A stretch of 7,137 nt of DNA from PVC group bacterium (GTDB taxonomy: Bacteria; GCA-001730085; JADFSZ01), in contig JADFSZ010000088.1 in the NCBI GenBank assembly GCA_022560555.1, forward strand, positions 1 to 7,137, read 5' to 3'. Shown here piece after piece: positions 1 through 5,591 of the stretch. Under the pieces are notes generated by a model, which saw only the letters and a list, made by a program, of their open reading frames with translations, searched no databases and was not told the DNA's origin. The position numbers and the translations under genes were made by a program. How positions within the stretch are numbered: the first letter of the stretch is position 1; every line of letters starts with the position of its first letter.

Positions 1-2
1 AT

Positions 3-917
3 TTGGATGCGCCTATTGAACCTCTTCCGGATTCTGTGATTGATGAGTTAACACCTTATGACTTTCTGGGAAGTATGGGCGGGAGCGCATCAACCAGTAC
101 GGCTCATCCCAAAGATCCGAAAAAACTTACCAAAATAGGAGGGATGAAGGGCACGGATATCGATGACGAGATTAAAAAACTTCAGCAAAACAAAAAGGAA
201 CTTGGAAAATTCTTTTCGGTAGAGGCTCAGCAAAGACTTCTTGATCTAATAGAGGAAAGAAACAGGAAGAAAAAAGCCAAGGCTCAAGTTAAAAATCCGG
301 GAAATAAAATCAGCCGTTTGCCCGTGGTTCCTTACGGCGAAAGCGTCAGTATCGGATATATGCCGAGCGCAGATGTTCAAATACAAAACCGGTATTCTGC
401 TGATCAAGACATTGGTGCCAAACAGCAATGGATGGATAATCAGGCGGTCCTAGAAGCCGCCAATAAACAGAAGACAATGGAATATCAGTATCAAGGAGAT
501 GCGGCGACTACAAATGCATGGGGAGATTTTGCCATGCCTGTGGTTAATATGATGAATTCGGCCGGTGGCGGGAGCTCCGGGATGGGCTCATCCCAATCAT
601 CCCAGAACATGATATCGGGCACAGAAGCTGTAACTTCCAGCCCAACAGAAAGCGCGACATCACACAGTTTGTCAATTCCATCCGGCGGTAGTACGGCGAG
701 TTCGTCAACAGCATCTAGTTCATCAACACCTTCTGAGGGCTCCCACACATCGTCCGTTTCCTCATCTTCGCACGAATCATCTCCTACGGCTTACTCGATT
801 GCTCCAAGGTCGGCCCCGGTGACATCATCCTCGCAGCCTGCTTCTTCTTCTGAAACCGGGATGATTCAGGTTGCGCCGCCGACGTTAACCATTCAGGCGG
901 GTCCAAGCAGCTATTAA
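3..917 (+). CDS. Hypothetical protein, probably 5'-truncated by the window edge; charged Lys/Glu-rich segment followed by a Ser/Thr-rich low-complexity C-terminal tail
   Basis: The reading frame is open from the first full codon of the window to TAA at 915-917. The first codon is TTG, so the true start is probably upstream of the window. The last ~120 aa are dominated by S/T/P/A/G (e.g. GGSTASSSTASSSSTPSEGSHTSSVSSSSHESSP). I recognise no catalytic or family motif. The stop lies 8 nt before the next gene on the same strand. Confidence 0.6.
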   Translation: MDAPIEPLPDSVIDELTPYDFLGSMGGSASTSTAHPKDPKKLTKIGGMKGTDIDDEIKKLQQNKKELGKFFSVEAQQRLLDLIEERNRKKKAKAQVKNPGNKISRLPVVPYGESVSIGYMPSADVQIQNRYSADQDIGAKQQWMDNQAVLEAANKQKTMEYQYQGDAATTNAWGDFAMPVVNMMNSAGGGSSGMGSSQSSQNMISGTEAVTSSPTESATSHSLSIPSGGSTASSSTASSSSTPSEGSHTSSVSSSSHESSPTAYSIAPRSAPVTSSSQPASSSETGMIQVAPPTLTIQAGPSSY

Positions 918-925
918 ATATATAG

Positions 926-1600
926 ATGATTTTTTCTGCCAAAAAAGCCATTATCATCAGCGATCTTCATGTCGGACTTCCGTATTTTAAACGATCCGAG
1001 TTTTTGAAATTTTTATCATGCCTTCCCGATAACGCATCTCTGATATTGAACGGCGACACTATTGACACTCCCAAGAAAAACCTGAGTTTAGCCGACAACA
1101 ATGTTCTGGATGCCTTGAAGGACGAGGCCGAAAAAAGAAAAGTAATCTGGATTTGCGGCAATCACGATGTGGATTACGTGATGCCTGATCCCGGCAAGAT
1201 TGTTTTTACGACGCACGTGGTATTAAATAACAATATTATGATCACGCATGGAGACGACTTTGAGAATATTATGTCCCAGACGCTTTTGTTTTTGAGAATG
1301 TTTAAGTTTATGCATAATGTGCGCATTTTCTTGGGGGCCAATCCTGTCCACGTTGCTTATTTTGCCAAAAAATGGCTTCCGTTTGTATATCGTATTCTTA
1401 CCGAGGAGGTTAAAAAGAATGCCGTGCTGTGCGCGAAGGAAAATCAATTTGACATGATTACCTGCGGGCATGTGCACTATACTGAGGATTCGTTGTGCGA
1501 AGGTGTCCGGTATATCAATACGGGGACTTGGACAGAGGAGCCACTGCCGTATATCGAAGTTAACGAAGATAAAATTGAACTAAAAACATTTAAACTTTAA
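926..1600 (+). CDS. Calcineurin-like metallophosphoesterase with LpxH-like (UDP-2,3-diacylglucosamine diphosphatase family) architecture
   Basis: 224 aa ORF carrying the ordered metallophosphoesterase motifs: SDLHVG (DxH), NGDTID (GD), CGNHD (GNHD), ITHGD (H) and CGHVH (GHxH). An insert of ~70 aa sits between HGD and GHxH, and the C-terminus has NTGTW followed by a short beta-like tail, as in E. coli LpxH. There is no obvious Shine-Dalgarno sequence (tattaaatatatagATG). Confidence 0.8.
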   Translation: MIFSAKKAIIISDLHVGLPYFKRSEFLKFLSCLPDNASLILNGDTIDTPKKNLSLADNNVLDALKDEAEKRKVIWICGNHDVDYVMPDPGKIVFTTHVVLNNNIMITHGDDFENIMSQTLLFLRMFKFMHNVRIFLGANPVHVAYFAKKWLPFVYRILTEEVKKNAVLCAKENQFDMITCGHVHYTEDSLCEGVRYINTGTWTEEPLPYIEVNEDKIELKTFKL

Positions 1601-4214
1601 GTCCCGTTTCAAGAACATTCACTTTGAGACCTGTCCCATTCATGCTGATCTCCAAATGGGCCCCATCCGCGATATCATTTTTGATAAGTGACTTTCCGAT
1701 TTTTGTTTCCAGTTCACGCTGGATAAAACGTTTGAGCGGACGGGCGCCGTATACCGGATCGTATCCGGATTGAGCTATATATTTGCGGGCGTTGTCTTTG
1801 AGCTTGATTACGATGTTGCGATCCAGGAGTCGGTCTTGAAGCTGCTGAATCAATAGATCCACAATCTGCTCGGTTTCTTCCAAGAGAAGCGGTTTGAACA
1901 AAATGATTTCATCCAGACGATTCAAGAACTCCGGACGAAAATAGTTTCTAAGTTCGTTCATAACGGATTTTTGTGTCTCCTCTTTGATCGTGCCGTCTGG
2001 AGTGATGCCTGTTAATAAATGCTCGCTTCCGATATTGCTTGTCATAATCACGATGGTATTTTTAAAGTTCACGATACGTCCTTGCGCGTCCGTGAGGCGT
2101 CCGTCATCGAGGATCTGCAGGAGAATATGAAACACATCCGGATGCGCCTTTTCGATTTCATCGAAAAGGATCACGGAGTAGGGTTTTCTCCTGACGGCTT
2201 CGGTTAGCTGGCCGCCTTCGTCGTATCCCACATAGCCGGGAGGCGCGCCGATGAGGCGAGAGACCGAATGCTTTTCCATATATTCGCTCATATCAATCCG
2301 GATGAGGTTGTCTTTGGTATCAAAAAGCGTTTCAGACAAAGTTTTGGCAAGTTCCGTTTTTCCGACACCGGTAGGTCCGAGAAAGATAAAGCTCCCGATA
2401 GGCCGCGCGGGATCTTTAATCCCGGCGCGCGCGCGGATAATCGCGTCACTCACAAGACGCACGGCTTCGTTCTGGCCGACGACACGTTTGTGAAGGATGT
2501 TTTCTAGGGCGAGCAGCTTTTCTTTTTCGCCTTCCATGAGCCGGGTCACGGGAATGCCGGACCATTCGGATACGATTTGCGCAATTTCTTCTTCGGTAAC
2601 CTCTTCTCTTAATAGACAAAATTTTCCCTGCTTTTTTGCAAGTTCATTTTCTTCCTTTTTAAGTTCAGTTTCCAATGTCGGCAGACGCCCGTGTTTGAAT
2701 TCGGCCGCCTTGTTAAGATCATACGCGCGTTCGGCTTGTTCGATTTCATGTTTGACAGATTCTATTGTTTCCCTGAGCGTCCGCACCTTCTGGATAGCTT
2801 GCTTTTCCGTTTCCCATTGGCTTTTCATGATGTTCGCGCGATCTTTAAGATTAGCGAGTTCTTTTTTAATATGTTTTAGACGGTCTTGGCTCGCACTGTC
2901 CTTTTCTTTTTTGAGTGCGGCCGCCTCAATTTCGAGCTGCATAATCCGGCGCGAAATTTCATCCAGTTCCGTGGGCATTGAGTCCATCTCTGTTCGAATC
3001 ATCGCGCACGCTTCGTCCATAAGATCGATCGCTTTATCGGGCAAGAATCGGTCGCTGATGTATCGGTGTGAAAGTGTTGCGCTGGCTACGAGCGCGATAT
3101 CCTGAATGCGTACGCCGTGATGGATTTCGAATCGTTCTTTCAATCCACGGAGGATCGAGATTGTGTCTTCTACGCTGGGGGCATCTACCAGGACGGGCTG
3201 AAAACGTCTTTCAAGCGCCGCGTCTTTTTCGATATGTTTTCGGTATTCATCCAGTGTTGTGGCACCGATGCAGTGAAGTTCCCCGCGGGCGAGCAGGGGT
3301 TTAAGCATATTTCCGGCATCAAGCGCGCCGTCGACTTTACCTGCGCCGACGATGGTATGAAGTTCATCGATAAAAAGAATGATTTGTCCATCGCTCTCTT
3401 TGATTTCGTGAAGGACGGCTTTGAGTCGTTCTTCGAATTCACCGCGAAATTTTGCGCCGGCGATGAGAGATCCCATATCCAGGGAAAAGATGGATTTGTT
3501 TTTGAGTCCGTCCGGGACATCCCCTCGTACGATTCGTTGGGCCAGACCTTCGACAATGGCTGTTTTTCCGACGCCGGGTTCTCCGATCAAGACCGGATTG
3601 TTTTTCGTGCGTCGGGAAAGAATACGGATGACGCGGCGGATTTCCGTATCGCGTCCGATCACGGGGTCCAGCTTGCCTTTTTCGGCTTCTTGGACAAGCT
3701 CGCGTCCGTATTTCGTGAGGACTTCATAGGAGGCTTCCGGAGTCGTGCTTGTGACTCTTTGATGTCCGCGGATGCCTGTGAGAATTTTTAGAAATTTTTC
3801 ATACGTGATTTGAAATCTTTTTAGAATTTGTGTGACCGTTGGACACAGATCGTTTTTGATCATGGCCAGGGCCAGATGTTCTATCGAGATATAGTCGTCT
3901 TTTAATTTTTTAGCTTCTTTTTCGGAGATCGTGAGGAGTTTATTGAGATTGTGCGTGATAGTAATTTTTCCGGGCTCCGTGCCGGGTCCTGAAACTTTCG
4001 GATGCTGATCAAGCGCGCTTTCGACCGCGAGGACGAAATCGTGATCAGATACATCGAGTTTGGACAAAATCCGTCCAAAAAGACCGTCCTCTTGTGTCGC
4101 GAGGGCATAGAGGAGGTGATCAATATCAATCTCCACATGCCCACGTTCCACAGCCGAATTCTGCGCGAGCTCGAGAGCTTCTTGGCTTTTGATTGTTAGT
4201 TTGTTCGCATCCAT
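1590..4214 (-). CDS. clpB: ATP-dependent chaperone/disaggregase ClpB (class I AAA+ with two nucleotide-binding domains and a coiled-coil middle domain)
   Basis: 874 aa, a typical ClpB length. It has an N-domain and NBD1 with Walker A GEPGVGKT (aa 211-218, nt 3561-3584, checked by reverse-complementing), Walker B ILFIDELH and [10 protein letters not shown] long Glu/Lys-rich coiled-coil M-domain spans about aa 400-530. NBD2 has Walker A GPTGVGKT (aa 613-620), Walker [12 protein letters not shown] and sensor-2 GARPLKR. The start ATG is at 4212-4214, preceded by agggaaaacaa. Confidence 0.97.
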   Translation of the reverse strand: MDANKLTIKSQEALELAQNSAVERGHVEIDIDHLLYALATQEDGLFGRILSKLDVSDHDFVLAVESALDQHPKVSGPGTEPGKITITHNLNKLLTISEKEAKKLKDDYISIEHLALAMIKNDLCPTVTQILKRFQITYEKFLKILTGIRGHQRVTSTTPEASYEVLTKYGRELVQEAEKGKLDPVIGRDTEIRRVIRILSRRTKNNPVLIGEPGVGKTAIVEGLAQRIVRGDVPDGLKNKSIFSLDMGSLIAGAKFRGEFEERLKAVLHEIKESDGQIILFIDELHTIVGAGKVDGALDAGNMLKPLLARGELHCIGATTLDEYRKHIEKDAALERRFQPVLVDAPSVEDTISILRGLKERFEIHHGVRIQDIALVASATLSHRYISDRFLPDKAIDLMDEACAMIRTEMDSMPTELDEISRRIMQLEIEAAALKKEKDSASQDRLKHIKKELANLKDRANIMKSQWETEKQAIQKVRTLRETIESVKHEIEQAERAYDLNKAAEFKHGRLPTLETELKKEENELAKKQGKFCLLREEVTEEEIAQIVSEWSGIPVTRLMEGEKEKLLALENILHKRVVGQNEAVRLVSDAIIRARAGIKDPARPIGSFIFLGPTGVGKTELAKTLSETLFDTKDNLIRIDMSEYMEKHSVSRLIGAPPGYVGYDEGGQLTEAVRRKPYSVILFDEIEKAHPDVFHILLQILDDGRLTDAQGRIVNFKNTIVIMTSNIGSEHLLTGITPDGTIKEETQKSVMNELRNYFRPEFLNRLDEIILFKPLLLEETEQIVDLLIQQLQDRLLDRNIVIKLKDNARKYIAQSGYDPVYGARPLKRFIQRELETKIGKSLIKNDIADGAHLEISMNGTGLKVNVLETGLKV

Positions 4215-4264
4215 TTGTTTTCCCTAGTGTTCTATTCTTTGTTCCTTATGTCTTTTGCTTTTTT

Positions 4265-4292
4265 GCATGTCTCATGACGCATGTCACATGAC
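4265..4292. repeat. Tandem 14 bp direct repeat (2 units, 1 mismatch) in the hsp20-clpB spacer; equivalently four CATG cores spaced exactly 7 bp apart
   Basis: The + strand reads gcatgtctcatgac | gcatgtcacatgac. CATG occurs at 4266, 4273, 4280 and 4287. In the - sense this is GTCATGT GACATGC GTCATGA GACATGC. The element lies 8-35 nt after the hsp20 stop and 51-78 nt before the clpB ATG. Confidence 0.85.
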
Positions 4293-4299
4293 GGTTTTA

Positions 4300-4758
4300 T
4301 CAGTTCACCTCAATTTGAATCTGTTTCGGCTTCGCCTCTTTTGTTTTGGGCAGCATTAGTTCTAGAACGCCGTCTATATATTTGGCCTTAGCGTTTTTGG
4401 TGTCTACGCCATCGGGCAAGCGGAAGGCCCGGCGAAACTCTCCGTAGGACCGTTCCTCTCTAACATAATCCTTATGTTCTACTTTTGTTTCCCTTTTGCG
4501 CTCCCCTGAGATATACAGAGTATCGCCTTCGATCGACACGTGGATATGTTTTTTATCCATTCCGGGCAGATCGGCTTTGATGAGGATACTATCCTCTGTG
4601 TCCCGGATATCGATTTCGGGTCCAAAAGAGTTATCTTGAAAACCGAGATCGCGTTCCAACGGCATCCCGAAAAAACGACTGATCTCTTTGTCGAGATCGA
4701 GCATATCTGTGAAAGGGTCCAACGTATTTTGGTTTTTGTTCCATGGTATCAAGTTCAT
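4300..4758 (-). CDS. hsp20: Small heat-shock protein, Hsp20/alpha-crystallin family (152 aa)
   Basis: The alpha-crystallin domain is readable: PEIDIRDTEDSILIKADLPGMDKKHIHVSIEGDTLYISGERK...SYGEFRRAFRLPDGVD...AKYIDGVLELMLPK. I place the start at the ATG at 4756-4758 (MNLIPWNKNQ...), not the track's 4884. That ATG has a strong SD (AGGAGGG) ending 7 nt upstream, and the 42-aa extension would run through the putative promoter. Confidence 0.93.
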   Translation of the reverse strand: MNLIPWNKNQNTLDPFTDMLDLDKEISRFFGMPLERDLGFQDNSFGPEIDIRDTEDSILIKADLPGMDKKHIHVSIEGDTLYISGERKRETKVEHKDYVREERSYGEFRRAFRLPDGVDTKNAKAKYIDGVLELMLPKTKEAKPKQIQIEVN

Positions 4759-4816
4759 GACAATTCCCTCCTTTTTGGTTTGTGCCTGTTTTGATCTTGA
4801 ATTCGACATCTTAAAT

Positions 4817-4832
4817 TGCAATATGTGTGCCA
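4817..4832 (-). promoter_or_regulatory. Candidate sigma54 (RpoN) -24/-12 promoter for hsp20 (and probably clpB)
   Basis: The - strand reads TGGCACacataTTGCA. This matches the sigma54 consensus TGGCACG-N4-TTGCW, with GG and GC separated by exactly 10 nt; the only core deviation is A for G after TGGCAC. The predicted transcription start is near 4806, giving a ~48 nt 5' UTR before the ATG at 4758. It is the only such match I found in the window. Confidence 0.6.
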
Positions 4833-4849
4833 TAGGAGTAATTTTGACA

Positions 4850-4862
4850 TAAAATATTGATA
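4850..4862 (-). promoter_or_regulatory. IHF-consensus match between the sigma54 element and the upstream dyads
   Basis: The - strand reads TATCAATATTTTA, which fits WATCAANNNNTTR at every specified position. Its centre is about 50 bp upstream of the inferred start, the usual IHF position in enhancer-dependent promoters. The region is AT-rich, so a chance match is not negligible. Confidence 0.35.
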
Positions 4863-4900
4863 TGTTTATTGTTACATATAACACTGAATTTGCCTTGTAC

Positions 4901-4915
4901 GTGTCATAATGTCAC
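4901..4915. promoter_or_regulatory. 15 bp near-palindrome, candidate upstream activator (bEBP) site
   Basis: GTGTCAT-A-ATGTCAC has 6 of 7 symmetric pairs complementary. It is centred about 102 bp upstream of the inferred hsp20 transcription start. A second, weaker inverted repeat, TAATAG-N13-CTATTA, lies at 4936-4960 (about -142). Confidence 0.3.
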
Positions 4916-5008
4916 TTTTAAGGTTAGTATTCTCTTAATAGCGACAATATGTCCCTATTATTTTCAAAATGGCGCATGTTGTGCTAAGAGCTCTGATTGA
5001 ATTGAGGG

Positions 5009-5037
5009 GTGGCAGGAGCGATGTTTTATGGTAAAAT
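5009..5037 (+). promoter_or_regulatory. Candidate sigma70-type promoter with extended -10 for the membrane-protein gene
   Basis: GTGGCA (5009-5014, 4/6 to TTGACA), a 17 nt spacer, then TAAAAT (5032-5037, 5/6 to TATAAT), with TG at 5029-5030 in the extended -10 position. It lies ~40 nt upstream of the ATG at 5077. This is a pattern match only. Confidence 0.3.
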
Positions 5038-5048
5038 TCCCCTTACCT

Positions 5049-5064
5049 AAGTTAATATTAACTT
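5049..5064. promoter_or_regulatory. Perfect 16 bp palindrome (possible operator or 5'-UTR hairpin) upstream of the membrane-protein gene
   Basis: AAGTTAATATTAACTT is identical to its reverse complement. It ends 12 nt before the ATG at 5077 and lies about +5 to +20 relative to the candidate promoter at 5009-5037. The palindrome itself is certain; its function is inferred. Confidence 0.4.
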
Positions 5065-5076
5065 CACTCAGAAAAC

Positions 5077-5565
5077 ATGTCAGAAACTCTAGAACAAATA
5101 GACACCGAACAAACCTTCCAAAAGCTGGTGATCAATTACCGCCGGAATTTTCAGGACTTTTTGGCCCGCGCGGACAAACAGTATTATGACGCGATCCGCA
5201 CGATTGTGATACTGTCCGGAGTATGCTTTATGATGTATCTATGGCGTGGTAAGTTTATGGGGGATTATTTTTGGGTTCCGATATTGTTTTGGAATATCGC
5301 GATGATATCCGGCCTGCTCGCGTTTTTTTATTCCGCGCACAATTCGTTTAAGAACGCGCTCAAGTACGAACAACAGATCCGAAGCCTTGATATGGGGCTT
5401 AAATACGAAGATCCGAAAAAGATTGCCGAATTATGGGCTGAAGAATCAACCCACTCCATTGCCCGCGGGTTTTTTATCAGAGACAATATCATTATTGGTA
5501 TGATTTCGCTTGTCTCCTTCATTATCGCTATAGTTGTGGCCCTTGTTCAAATCTTGTCTATGTAA
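5077..5565 (+). CDS. Small integral membrane protein of unknown function (162 aa, ~3 predicted TM helices)
   Basis: Three hydrophobic stretches: IRTIVILSGVCFMMYLW, YFWVPILFWNIAMISGLLAFFYS and IIIGMISLVSFIIAIVVALVQIL. They are flanked by a polar 40-aa N-terminus and a ~50-aa charged loop. I recognise no family motif. The stop lies 26 nt before the next gene on the same strand. Confidence 0.7.
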   Translation: MSETLEQIDTEQTFQKLVINYRRNFQDFLARADKQYYDAIRTIVILSGVCFMMYLWRGKFMGDYFWVPILFWNIAMISGLLAFFYSAHNSFKNALKYEQQIRSLDMGLKYEDPKKIAELWAEESTHSIARGFFIRDNIIIGMISLVSFIIAIVVALVQILSM

Positions 5566-5591
5566 TATTAATCCGAATTTTCTCTTTTCCT

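Noticed and set aside
246-748. - strand ORFs 246..428 and 491..748 opposite the first CDS
   Set aside because: These are shadow frames of the + strand ORF. 491..748 is the complement of the Ser-rich codon run, which naturally stays open on the opposite strand.
967-1477. - strand ORFs 967..1161 and 1223..1477
   Set aside because: They are antisense to the metallophosphoesterase CDS, which carries a complete ordered motif set. They have no motifs or RBS of their own.
2019-4199. Many + strand ORFs of 62-224 aa (e.g. 2497..3105 and 3117..3791), plus the - strand off-frame ORFs 3185..3556 and 3902..4144, all inside the clpB span
   Set aside because: They lie antisense to, or out of frame with, a full-length ClpB that has every motif intact. 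Their translations are low-complexity (S/F/R-rich) with no recognisable domains. They are typical shadow ORFs.
4265-4292. CtsR box or rho-independent terminator interpretation of the tandem repeat
   Set aside because: The CtsR operator is RGTCAAA-N3-RGTCAAA (10 bp register). Here the core is GWCATG in a 7/14 bp register. As a terminator for hsp20 it fails because the hairpin is imperfect and is followed by an A-run, not a U-run, in the - sense. A U-run exists only in the + sense, where no gene reads in.
4762-4843. RNA-thermometer idea: AAUUACUCCU (4843->4834, - sense) could pair with the hsp20 SD region AGGAGGGAAUU (4772->4762)
   Set aside because: The anti-SD segment lies upstream of the sigma54 -24 element, so it would not be in the transcript if that promoter is used. 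The pairing is only 4+5 bp with an internal loop across ~60 nt. It has no ROSE or fourU signature.
4961-4987. Possible CIRCE (HrcA operator), because GTGCTAA at 4981-4987 matches the right half of TTAGCACTC-N9-GAGTGCTAA
   Set aside because: The left half, at the required 9 nt spacing, reads ttttcaaaa and matches TTAGCACTC at only about 4 of 9 positions. There is no inverted-repeat partner, so it is an isolated half-site. It is also ~220 bp from the hsp20 ATG.
5003-5045. Riboswitch-like stem UGAGGGG...CCCCUUA with GAGCGAUG inside, vaguely reminiscent of a fluoride (crcB-motif) leader upstream of a membrane protein
   Set aside because: It lacks the second conserved GAUG-containing strand and the pseudoknot elements of the crcB motif as I recall it. 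The downstream protein (162 aa, 3 TM, long loop) does not resemble CrcB. The stem also overlaps the best promoter candidate.
4969-5050. Mini-ORFs in the intergenic region: 4969..5034 (21 aa, MAHVVLRALIELRGGRSDVLW) and 5021..5050 (9 aa, preceded by AGGAG)
   Set aside because: They are too short to assess from sequence alone. The first has no SD. The second has an SD only 2 nt from its ATG and overlaps the candidate promoter. There is no evidence for either beyond an open frame.
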